The position numbers and the translations under genes were made by a program. A model generated the notes under the pieces. That model was not told where the DNA came from. It worked only from the letters and a program-made list of their open reading frames with translations, and did no database searches. 47,136 nt of DNA from Patescibacteria group bacterium (GTDB taxonomy: Bacteria; Patescibacteriota; Minisyncoccia; UBA6257; 2-01-FULL-56-20), in contig JANWZH010000001.1 in assembly GCA_025054755.1 (NCBI GenBank), positions 1 to 47,136 on the forward strand. Direction: 5' to 3'. Below, piece by piece: positions 28,740 to 37,426 of this stretch. Numbering within the stretch: the stretch's first letter is position 1; each line of letters begins with the position of its first letter.

Positions 28740-30641
28740 TTAGTTGCTGTAATTGGTTACAAAATCCTTACTAATAAAGCTTGTTGTAACTGGAGCGGTA
28801 AATGTTCCATTGTTTCCAGAAGCCCAAGTTACAGAATTAACTCTAACTCTGGCTTGTTTAACACCTGAAACTGCTCCTACAGCACTTAATTCAAAATTAT
28901 AAGTATCTCCAGCATTTAGGACATAATATCCTCCTGTTTGAGATACTGTATTTCCTGCAGAATCTTTAACAGCATCAATTGTATAAGATACAGGCAAATT
29001 TGTTCCTCCTGTTATTTCCCATTGCATATTAAATGGAGTAGAGCTGGAAATTCTAACTTGACCACCAGCATGAACATTTGTTGGCAATGCTACGCTAAGC
29101 TTACCATTAAATGTAAATGAGCTGGTTGAATTTGATTGATCTCTGGTTGCTGTAACAGAGCCAGTAAATCCTAAGTTAGGAGCAACAACATAAAGATAAA
29201 CTGGCAAACTTGAAACTGTTGTTGGTGTGGCAGAAATTGTTCCGCCCAATGAGTTTTCAGTAACAACGCTAGCCAAAGTAACTGTTAAGTTTCCTCCACC
29301 ATATACAACATTATCAACTTGAGAAACTCCAATAACTGCATCAACAGATTGATCTCTGTTAATTACAACATTATCTGGGAAAATATTTGAGACAGTAACA
29401 GTTGCACCACTTACATTAACTGTTCCAACTCTTCTTCCTCCAACTTCAAGATAAAAATTAGTTGGAGAAACAGTTGCTGCATTAAATGTAAATACAACTT
29501 GTCTTAATCTCAAATTATCATTTTGAGCAGTCATTCTAAATTTCAAAAGTGGAGTGTTTTGAGTTAATCTCATAACAGCAGCTGTTCCAGTTCCTGAAAC
29601 TAATTCATTAGCTGTTACATTTTTTTCTTGTGGAGTATCTGATGCTCTTGTAACAGAAATAGCAGCTGAACCAGCTAATGTTGCTTGTGGTTGGAATCCA
29701 TTATTAAATGATGCTGATGGTTCAAAAAGATTAACATTATTTCCAGTTACTGCTCTTACTGATTGAGCTGGAACTGTTAAAGTATATGTTCCTGTAACTC
29801 CAGATGGATAAGTTGAAACAGCTGTAAATCTTAATGTAACAACTTTAGATTGATCCTTTGGAACAGAAACATTAATACCAGTGATTAATAAATAGTAATC
29901 ACCATTTGTTTCTCTATAAAATGGTTTTCCTTCTTGTGATGTTACATCAGATGACCACAATGTATTTCCGCTTTCATCAACTAAAGCAACTCTTGAAATT
30001 ACTCTATGAGGAGCTTGTCCTGTTGTTGGCCAGTTAACTCTTAATCTTTGAACAGTAACATCTCCTTGAGTTGCTCTTAATCTAATACCCAAAACATCTC
30101 TTGTTTCACCTTCTCTTAATGTTTCGCCATCAGCTGGTGTTGAGTTTTTCTCAACAATTAAAGTACCTTCTGTTGATGGAGTAGAAGGTGTTGTTGGTGT
30201 TGTTGGTGTAGTTGGTGTTGTTGGTGTAGTTGGTGTTGTTGGTGTTGTTGGTGTTGATGGAACAGAAGCAACTAATGAACTATATTTTGATCTGGACATT
30301 GGTCCAAAATAACCAGTTCCAGGCAATCCATTTTCAGCTTGCCATTTTGAAACAGCAGCTTTGGTTAATGGACCAAAATATCCTGATTGTGGGGTTACTT
30401 TAAGATACCCTTGTAAACATTTAACATCATCGCCTCTCATTCCCACTGTGAGGTCGCGGGTAAATGTACAAGCTGATGATGGTGATGTTTGTTGACCTTG
30501 TAATTGATTTTGCATTGCTTGAATTTGTGCAAGCAAAGCTGCAATTTGAGCTTGAAGTTGATCAACTGTTGGTGTTTGAGCTGAAGCAACTCCAGAAACT
30601 AACATTGCAGCTAATACGAATAATGAAAATTTTTTACTCAT
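28740..30641 (-). CDS. Secreted surface protein (probable S-layer/major envelope protein) with a peptidoglycan-binding domain
   Basis: Signal peptide, short coiled coil, PG-binding motif (DLTVGMRGDDVKCLQ...GYFGPLTKAAV..WQ...GYFGP), PTT linker, T/S/V-rich beta domains, strong codon bias, own promoter and terminator. Confidence 0.8.
   Translation of the reverse strand: MSKKFSLFVLAAMLVSGVASAQTPTVDQLQAQIAALLAQIQAMQNQLQGQQTSPSSACTFTRDLTVGMRGDDVKCLQGYLKVTPQSGYFGPLTKAAVSKWQAENGLPGTGYFGPMSRSKYSSLVASVPSTPTTPTTPTTPTTPTTPTTPTTPSTPSTEGTLIVEKNSTPADGETLREGETRDVLGIRLRATQGDVTVQRLRVNWPTTGQAPHRVISRVALVDESGNTLWSSDVTSQEGKPFYRETNGDYYLLITGINVSVPKDQSKVVTLRFTAVSTYPSGVTGTYTLTVPAQSVRAVTGNNVNLFEPSASFNNGFQPQATLAGSAAISVTRASDTPQEKNVTANELVSGTGTAAVMRLTQNTPLLKFRMTAQNDNLRLRQVVFTFNAATVSPTNFYLEVGGRRVGTVNVSGATVTVSNIFPDNVVINRDQSVDAVIGVSQVDNVVYGGGNLTVTLASVVTENSLGGTISATPTTVSSLPVYLYVVAPNLGFTGSVTATRDQSNSTSSFTFNGKLSVALPTNVHAGGQVRISSSTPFNMQWEITGGTNLPVSYTIDAVKDSAGNTVSQTGGYYVLNAGDTYNFELSAVGAVSGVKQARVRVNSVTWASGNNGTFTAPVTTSFISKDFVTNYSN
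30174..30260 (-). repeat. 9-bp tandem repeat encoding a (PTT)n linker
   Basis: CCAACA/TACA units translating as PSTPTTPTTPTT...PST. Confidence 0.9.
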
Positions 30642-30858
30642 TTTATTTTTATTATTATAAATTTAACGACCTAAATTTTATTTTTAATTTTCGACCTTTT
30701 ATTTTTCCGAAGTCCGCTACTCTTCATAGCGGAGCAGTATCAAAATTAAAAAATCTCGCTTTCAGAGCGAGACTAATTTAAAATTTTATTTTATTAATTT
30801 TAAATTCAGCCTCACTCTGAATTTATTATATTTTATTATTTTTTAAAAAACTTTTCAA
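30642..30858 (-). promoter_or_regulatory. Promoter and ~180-nt structured 5' leader of the surface protein gene
   Basis: TTGAAA (30853-58), 17 nt, TAAAAT (30830-35). Hairpins at 30802-24, 30754-72 and 30713-33. AGGTCG at 30692-97 and 30667-72. Confidence 0.7.
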
Positions 30859-30981
30859 TACTTTTTTGTTAATTTAATCTATTTGTACTAAAGAAAACGT
30901 TAAATATTTTAAAAGGTTACGAATAAAATATGGCTTAAAATGGTTTTATAAATCAATGTTTTTTATACTTCTTTACTTCTT

Positions 30982-31935
30982 TTACACTTCTTCAAAAACC
31001 TGAATATTTTGCGGGTTTTTTACCTTATATAAAACATTAGGCCCAGAACTACCTCTTTTTTCAATAATTCCTTTATTAATTAAATCGCTTAAATAATATC
31101 TAATTGTTCTTTCGCTTAACTCTGGGAATATTTCTTCTAAATCTCTAAGTTTAAATTCTTGAAAATATCTAATTTTATCAAAAAAAACAGATTTTCTAAC
31201 GCTCATTTCATTGTTTGTATTATTTTCTTTTGTTTTTTTAAAATCAGATTCTTTTTCATTATTAATAATTTCTGAAATATGTAAAAATCCTGTTTTTGAT
31301 TTATTATCTGCTTGGTTCGGCAATGATTCTTGTTTTTCTTCATTATTATTTATTGCCGAGTCCATATTTGTTGCCGAATTATTATTTTCTATTGCCGAAT
31401 CTTTTATTGCCGAACCCAATTCTACTGCCGAATTATTAATTGAAGAATTTAATATTAAATCATTATCAATTGCCGAATTATCAATTGATAAATTATTTTC
31501 TATTGCCGAATTATCTTTTATATTAATTTTTGATTTTTTAATTAACTTATCTTTTTTATTATCAATGTTTAATTTTGTTTTAAAAATACTATTAATATCT
31601 ATCATATTTTCATTTTCAATATTTTTAAGATATTCAGCAATAAAATTATTTAAATTATTTAATTCGGCAATAATTGCATCTGCTAAATCATTTCTAAAAA
31701 GATTTAAAGACCTTGCTAAATGAATAAAATATTCAATAGAAAAAATAGTTTGTTTTATTGCCTCAATATCTTTTATAGTTGCCAAATTCAAAATTTTTAA
31801 TCCTTGCTCATCAAAAATCTTTTTAAAAGAGTCATTTTTAATTGCTTGACTAACTCGGCAAAGAGCATAAGAAATTTCAAAAGCTTTTTTAGCAATTAAA
31901 TCATATGAATTATTTGCCAAATTATTTATTAACAT
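30982..31935 (-). CDS. Putative DNA-binding protein: N-terminal helical bundle, NSAI-repeat linker, C-terminal DeoR-like winged HTH
   Basis: C-terminus LRDLEEIFPELSERTIRYYLSDLINKGIIEKRG; low-complexity middle region. Confidence 0.78.
   Translation of the reverse strand: MLINNLANNSYDLIAKKAFEISYALCRVSQAIKNDSFKKIFDEQGLKILNLATIKDIEAIKQTIFSIEYFIHLARSLNLFRNDLADAIIAELNNLNNFIAEYLKNIENENMIDINSIFKTKLNIDNKKDKLIKKSKINIKDNSAIENNLSIDNSAIDNDLILNSSINNSAVELGSAIKDSAIENNNSATNMDSAINNNEEKQESLPNQADNKSKTGFLHISEIINNEKESDFKKTKENNTNNEMSVRKSVFFDKIRYFQEFKLRDLEEIFPELSERTIRYYLSDLINKGIIEKRGSSGPNVLYKVKNPQNIQVFEEV
31316..31862. repeat. Array of ten TGCCGA/TCGGCA motifs (consensus ATTGCCGAAT) inside the wHTH gene
   Basis: TGCCGA at 31354, 31372, 31393, 31408, 31426, 31471, 31504; inverted TCGGCA at 31317, 31664, 31855. 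Confidence 0.85.
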
Positions 31936-31942
31936 AAAAACT

Positions 31943-31972
31943 ATTATAACAATATAATATCAATTTTGTCAA
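31943..31972 (-). promoter_or_regulatory. Consensus promoter of the wHTH gene, probably leaderless
   Basis: TTGACA, 18 nt, TGtTATAAT, then 7 nt to the ATG at 31935. Confidence 0.75.
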
Positions 31973-32003
31973 TAATATAATGCAATAAATAAATTATTTA
32001 AAG

Positions 32004-32012
32004 TTATCCACA
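32004..32012 (+). promoter_or_regulatory. Perfect DnaA box
   Basis: TTATCCACA in the divergent intergenic region; single copy. Confidence 0.5.
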
Positions 32013-32074
32013 AAAAAAACTTAAAATCGATTTAAAATATTTTATAATAAAATTAATTAAGACAATTATAAAAT

Positions 32075-32674
32075 ATGGAAGAAGATTTTGAAGAAAATCA
32101 AAAAAACTTATCAAATTCATTTCAGGAAATAGAAAAAAATATTGATGAAAAACAAAATTCTAAAAAAAGATTTTTAAAATTTGCTTTTGCTCTTTTTCTA
32201 ATTATTGCTATTTTTAGCGGAACAGTTTTTGTTTATGAAAATTATTTAAATCCTAAAGCTAAACTTGCCAAAGAACAACAAAAAAATTATGAAAAATATC
32301 TTCAAATGCAGGCTAATTATGAAAAAGCAATGAAAGAAGATACTTATGGCGGCAAAACCCCAGAAGAAACTTTAAAATTATTTATTGATGCTTTAAAAAA
32401 AGAAGATTTTGATTTAGCTAGTAAATATTTTGTTTTAAATTATAGCGGTATAGTTGATCCAAAGTATAAAGAAGCTTTAATAAAAGCTAAAAACGAAGGA
32501 AAAATTGAAAAAATCATAGATTTACTTTCAAGAGCAAAACCAGATCCAAAAGCAAAAATCAGCGAAGATAATTTTGTTTTTGCCACAAGAGATGGTAAAG
32601 GAAATGTATTAATAGATATTGGATTAACTCTAAATAAATATTCAAATATTTGGAAAATAGAAAGCATATATTAA
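32075..32674 (+). CDS. Single-pass membrane protein of unknown function
   Basis: TM helix, coiled coil, DTYGGKTPEETLKLFIDALKKED...WKIES domain. Confidence 0.8.
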   Translation: MEEDFEENQKNLSNSFQEIEKNIDEKQNSKKRFLKFAFALFLIIAIFSGTVFVYENYLNPKAKLAKEQQKNYEKYLQMQANYEKAMKEDTYGGKTPEETLKLFIDALKKEDFDLASKYFVLNYSGIVDPKYKEALIKAKNEGKIEKIIDLLSRAKPDPKAKISEDNFVFATRDGKGNVLIDIGLTLNKYSNIWKIESIY

Positions 32675-32676
32675 TA

Positions 32677-35600
32677 ATGAAACAAAAATTATTATTAATT
32701 TTTTTATTATTAATAATTTTTAGTTTTCAAAATCAAGTATTTGGTTATAGTATTGAAACCCATGCTTATTTAACAAAAGAAATTATTAATTTTTATAATC
32801 AAAATTTTCAAAATAAAATATCTAATGAATTAGTTCCCTATTTAATTGATGGCTCAAGAAAAGAAGATGAGCCTCCACGCTGGATGAATCATTTTTATGA
32901 TCCAATTTATAATCGTGGATTAACCGAAGATTCAGCAATTAATCCTGAGTATCGGCTAGGAAATTGGCAAAAATCAAAAGATTGGGCAAATGATAGCTCA
33001 AATCAAAACAATATCATATATAAAACAGCTGCAACAATATATTCTTTGCTTTCAGCAATTCAACAAAAGAAAATTGAACTTATTACTTTTGAAACTGATT
33101 TTACTTGGGATAGAGCATTAAAATTTTATATTCAAGGCGAAAAAGAAAAAGCAATGTATATTTTAGGTCATATTTTACATCTAATTGAAGACAAATCTGT
33201 TCCAGATCATACCAGAAATGATCCTCATGCTTTAGGAAGTCCATATGAAAAATATACTAGTCAATATAATTTAAATAATTATGATAAAGAATTAACTGAA
33301 AAATTAAAAAATAAAAAGCCAATTATTTTAAACAATTTAAATGATTATTTTAATAACTTAGCAACATATTCAAATAATAATTTTTATAGCAAAGACACAA
33401 TTGGTATTCAAAGCGGTTATAATAAACCACAACCAGATTATGACGCAAAAATTGAGAAATATTTTTATGCAATAAAAATAGATAAAGAAAACGGAGATTA
33501 TTATTTATTCAGAAAGTCATCTGCTGATATATTATTTAGTAATAAATTTGATGCTAGCCTAGAATCTGATTTGGTTATGTCTTCTTACTGGTCCAGACTT
33601 TCAACAAAAGCTGTTCAATATGGAGCAGGAGTTATTGATTTATTTTTCCGCGAAGCTAAAGCTAACGAAAATAATCCAAAATATTTAGAAAAAGAATTAA
33701 GTTTTTGGGGAAAAATTAAAAACACAACCTCAAACATAATAAATTCTATTCAATCTTTTGGTTCACAAGTTTTTGAAACAACAAAAGAATTTATTAATTA
33801 TCTTTTTAATCAAAATAAAAATAATACTTATGAAATTCCAATTACAAATAATCAACAACAAAATCAAATTATTGAACAAAATTTTAATCCAAATATTAAA
33901 CAACCAAATCAATTAATTCAAAATACTCAAAATCAATTAAATAATTCATTAGACGAATCTGAGCCAGAAGAACCATTTATTGCTCCGCAAATCAACCAAA
34001 ATCAAACAACAACTCAAAAACAATTAAATAATCAAACTACAACCCAAAATCAAACTACAACAAAACAAACTCCTAATTTAAATAATTTATCAAACGAATT
34101 TAAACAATGCAGTTTTCAAACTAATCAAACTCCATCGCATCAAGGATTGATTATTAATGAAATTGCTTGGATGGGAACCCCAGAATCTTCAAATAATGAA
34201 TGGATTGAACTTAAAAATATTTCCAATCAAGAAATTGATATAAACAATTGGCAATTAATTGATAGGTCCGAACAAATTAAAATTAACTTTGCATTTTTGC
34301 CAAATACTAAAATTAAACCTGGTCAATTTTTAATTTTAGAACGAACATCAGAAAATACCTTACCAAACATTAAGGCTGATTTAATTTATACTGGAGCTTT
34401 ATCAAATTCAGATGAAGGACTACGTCTTTTTGATAAAAATTGTAACCTAATTGATGAAGTTTTAGCTACACCCTCTTGGCCAGCTGGCAATTCTTTAACA
34501 AGACAAACTGCTGAAAGAAAAACTGATTTAAGCTGGCAAACTTCAGCTAATTCTTCTGGCACTCCCAAAAATGAAAATTCTTCTGGCAATTTAAACAATT
34601 TAAATGGAGGTGGAGGAGGAAAATCTTCAAACTATTCTATTCAAACTCAAGACAATGAACGAAACCAAAATCAACAAATTCAAAATATTTTAATTTCAGA
34701 AATTCAAATTTATCCAACTAATCAAAGATTCATTGAGCTCTATAACCCAAATAATTTTGATATTGATTTAACTGGTTATTATATTCAAAGAAAAACAAAA
34801 ACTGGTTCTGATTTTGGCAGTTTAGTATCAAAAACTAATTTTGAAGGAAAAATTATTAAAGCTAAAAGCTTCTTTTTAATTTCTCGTGAAAATTTACCAA
34901 ATGCTGATATTGTTTTATCTAATTTAACATTATCTAATTCAAACTCCATTCAGTTAATTGATAAAAATAAAAATATTTCTGATTTAGTTGGCTGGGGCGA
35001 AGCTCAAAATTGCCAAGGGCCTTGCGCTTTAGAAATTGGACAAAACCAAAGTTTACAAAGAAAATTTGATAATGGAAACATTAAAAACACAAGCAATAAT
35101 TTAGAAGATTTTGAAATTTCAAATTGTCCGTCGCCAAAAGATCCGCCAAATCAAAACTGTGTCTCAACTAATCAAGCGTCAAAAGACGCTTTTTTAGAAT
35201 TTTCTAATGTTAGGCATATTTTAATTAGTGAAATATTTTTTGATGCAAATGGATCTGATGAAGAAAAAGAATTTATTGAACTTTATAATCCAACTGTAGA
35301 TGATATTGATCTTACAAATTGGTCAATTAAAATTTTAAAAAATAACACTACCACCGAACAAAATTTAATAAAACTAAATCAAAATTCAATAATCAAAAAA
35401 AATGGGGGCTTCTTTTTGGTTGGATTTTATAAAAATTCAAATAACACTGATCAAAAAACATCTGCTAGTATTCCAAATGATTTTCAAGCCATAATTTTGT
35501 ATGATAAAAATAATCAAGAAATTGATCGCTTTAATTATAATATCTATAAAAATGAAAATGGCCCTGTTTTGTCTGGCTATTCAATAGAAAGAAAAGCTTA

Positions 35601-37425
35601 TAAAGATGACCTATGTTTAAATCCCGAATCAAATGGAAAATTTTTAGGGAATGGATGTGATTACGATTTAGCTCAAGATTTTATTACCAACCCAACACCT
35701 AATCCTCAAAGCTCAAATAATTTAAAAGAGCCAAGAAAACCTCCAGAAATAATTAATTTGGAATATAGTTATGATAATCAAAATGCAAACATTAAATTTT
35801 TATGGGGGTTAAGCCAAGACGACGAATTTCAAACTTCAACGATTACTTATAAAATTATTCAAAATATTTTCGCAAACTCAACAAGTTCAAATTTAATAAT
35901 TTCTACTTCAACTATTCTAGAAAGTTTAGCTAAAAATTTAAATTATAATTCCTTAGAATTATTTGAAAAAAATATTAACATCCAAGAATTAAATAAAAAT
36001 TATAATTACGAATTTCAAGTCATAGATCGCGACGGCTTAATTTCTACCTCATCAATAAATATTTTTGCTAAAAGCTTTATTGAAGACGGTTATTTTTTTA
36101 AAGATGATTCTACTGGAAAATATTATTTTAAAATTAAATTTAATCCAAATCATCAATTTTTTAATTTAGAAGACAAAAGCCCAGATAGTTTTATGAATTA
36201 CGAAGCAATAGTTTTTTATCTTAATCAGGAGCCAACATCTTATAATATTTCAACCGAAAATGGGCTAATTATTCCAAACGCAAATCAAATTCAAATTCAA
36301 TATCCTTCTTGTGCTTTTGGGCCAAATAACGCCCTAATATTTCCTCAAAATCAAAGATCTTGTATTAAATTAGGCGGGCCACCAACTTGGCTTGGAAGAT
36401 TAGCTTACGATTTTAATTCTTTAGAAAGCGATAATTCTTTAATTATTGAATTATTAATTAACCAAGATTTGAATGAAAACGACTATATTACTTTAGGTTT
36501 TTATAAAGATTGGAGCGGAAATATTGCTGGGACTTATCAAATTATTAATTTTAAAGCTTTAGATTCTAAAAAATATTATTTATTAAAAAATAAATCATTT
36601 TTAAATGCTCCAACCACGCCTCAAAATATTCAATTTAATTTTGATGAAACAAATTTTAAACTAAGGGTTTCAGCTGATTATTCAACTGATCCCGATTCAA
36701 AAGATTCAAATATTTATTATGAATATAATTTTTCTGATTCAGAAAATTTAAATCCTAATAATTGGCAAATAACTCCTGTGCCCAATTCTCCAAATTTTGA
36801 AATTAATGTTCAATATGGCAAAAAATATATTGTTAGCTTAAGGGCCATAGACGAATTTAAAAATGTTTCAAAAGAAATTCAAAGTCAATGGTCTTTTCCT
36901 GAAAATTTTATAATCTTACAAGAACAAAATAAACAAGGAGATATTGCTAATGGTAATGCTTTAAATTTTGCTCAAGTTTTTAAATCAAACGAATCAGGAT
37001 ATCTCTCTAAAATTAAAATAAAATTTCAAATTTATTGGATTCCTCATAATTATCTTCGCGGCAAAAATGTTAATATCTCTATATATAAATATGATTCTGA
37101 TGTTTTTAATGACGATGTCAACTTGTTAAATCAAAGTATTAATGATCAAAATAAATTAGGCACATCAAATAATATTTTAAATTATTTAATAGAAACTAGT
37201 CCAGAGATTGCTTTTAATTTTAATCCAAAAATATATTTAGAAAAAAATAAGCTCTATGTTTGGGTACTAAATCAAGAGGGGGGATTTGGACATTTAGCTG
37301 GGACTTCAGAAGATCAGCAAATTGGAGGCTATGGTTATGCAACTTATAGTGGAACGAGCTGGTTTAATCAAAGAAATTGGCTTGCTTTAACAAATTATTA
37401 TTTTATATTAATTGGAGAAAAATAA
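32677..37425 (+). CDS. Large secreted protein: Zn-dependent phospholipase C/P1-nuclease-like domain plus three lamin-tail domains and FN3-like modules
   Basis: Signal peptide from ATG 32677; THA, EDE, NHFYDP, GHILHLIED..VPDH.R...H, YE; three I(N/S)EI...(W/F)IEL.N repeats. Confidence 0.75.
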   Translation: MKQKLLLIFLLLIIFSFQNQVFGYSIETHAYLTKEIINFYNQNFQNKISNELVPYLIDGSRKEDEPPRWMNHFYDPIYNRGLTEDSAINPEYRLGNWQKSKDWANDSSNQNNIIYKTAATIYSLLSAIQQKKIELITFETDFTWDRALKFYIQGEKEKAMYILGHILHLIEDKSVPDHTRNDPHALGSPYEKYTSQYNLNNYDKELTEKLKNKKPIILNNLNDYFNNLATYSNNNFYSKDTIGIQSGYNKPQPDYDAKIEKYFYAIKIDKENGDYYLFRKSSADILFSNKFDASLESDLVMSSYWSRLSTKAVQYGAGVIDLFFREAKANENNPKYLEKELSFWGKIKNTTSNIINSIQSFGSQVFETTKEFINYLFNQNKNNTYEIPITNNQQQNQIIEQNFNPNIKQPNQLIQNTQNQLNNSLDESEPEEPFIAPQINQNQTTTQKQLNNQTTTQNQTTTKQTPNLNNLSNEFKQCSFQTNQTPSHQGLIINEIAWMGTPESSNNEWIELKNISNQEIDINNWQLIDRSEQIKINFAFLPNTKIKPGQFLILERTSENTLPNIKADLIYTGALSNSDEGLRLFDKNCNLIDEVLATPSWPAGNSLTRQTAERKTDLSWQTSANSSGTPKNENSSGNLNNLNGGGGGKSSNYSIQTQDNERNQNQQIQNILISEIQIYPTNQRFIELYNPNNFDIDLTGYYIQRKTKTGSDFGSLVSKTNFEGKIIKAKSFFLISRENLPNADIVLSNLTLSNSNSIQLIDKNKNISDLVGWGEAQNCQGPCALEIGQNQSLQRKFDNGNIKNTSNNLEDFEISNCPSPKDPPNQNCVSTNQASKDAFLEFSNVRHILISEIFFDANGSDEEKEFIELYNPTVDDIDLTNWSIKILKNNTTTEQNLIKLNQNSIIKKNGGFFLVGFYKNSNNTDQKTSASIPNDFQAIILYDKNNQEIDRFNYNIYKNENGPVLSGYSIERKAYKDDLCLNPESNGKFLGNGCDYDLAQDFITNPTPNPQSSNNLKEPRKPPEIINLEYSYDNQNANIKFLWGLSQDDEFQTSTITYKIIQNIFANSTSSNLIISTSTILESLAKNLNYNSLELFEKNINIQELNKNYNYEFQVIDRDGLISTSSINIFAKSFIEDGYFFKDDSTGKYYFKIKFNPNHQFFNLEDKSPDSFMNYEAIVFYLNQEPTSYNISTENGLIIPNANQIQIQYPSCAFGPNNALIFPQNQRSCIKLGGPPTWLGRLAYDFNSLESDNSLIIELLINQDLNENDYITLGFYKDWSGNIAGTYQIINFKALDSKKYYLLKNKSFLNAPTTPQNIQFNFDETNFKLRVSADYSTDPDSKDSNIYYEYNFSDSENLNPNNWQITPVPNSPNFEINVQYGKKYIVSLRAIDEFKNVSKEIQSQWSFPENFIILQEQNKQGDIANGNALNFAQVFKSNESGYLSKIKIKFQIYWIPHNYLRGKNVNISIYKYDSDVFNDDVNLLNQSINDQNKLGTSNNILNYLIETSPEIAFNFNPKIYLEKNKLYVWVLNQEGGFGHLAGTSEDQQIGGYGYATYSGTSWFNQRNWLALTNYYFILIGEK

Positions 37426-37426
37426 T

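Noticed and set aside
31316..31512. Repeat cluster as a CRISPR array
   Set aside because: Units are about 10 bp with irregular in-frame spacing inside a CDS, and there are no cas genes.
31211..31723. 170-aa plus-strand ORF with IAE repeats
   Set aside because: It is the antisense reading of the NSAI repeat region, has a TTG start, and is explained by the repeats.
33850..34080. QNQTTT-type low-complexity repeats
   Set aside because: An ordinary flexible linker in a secreted protein, with degenerate codons.
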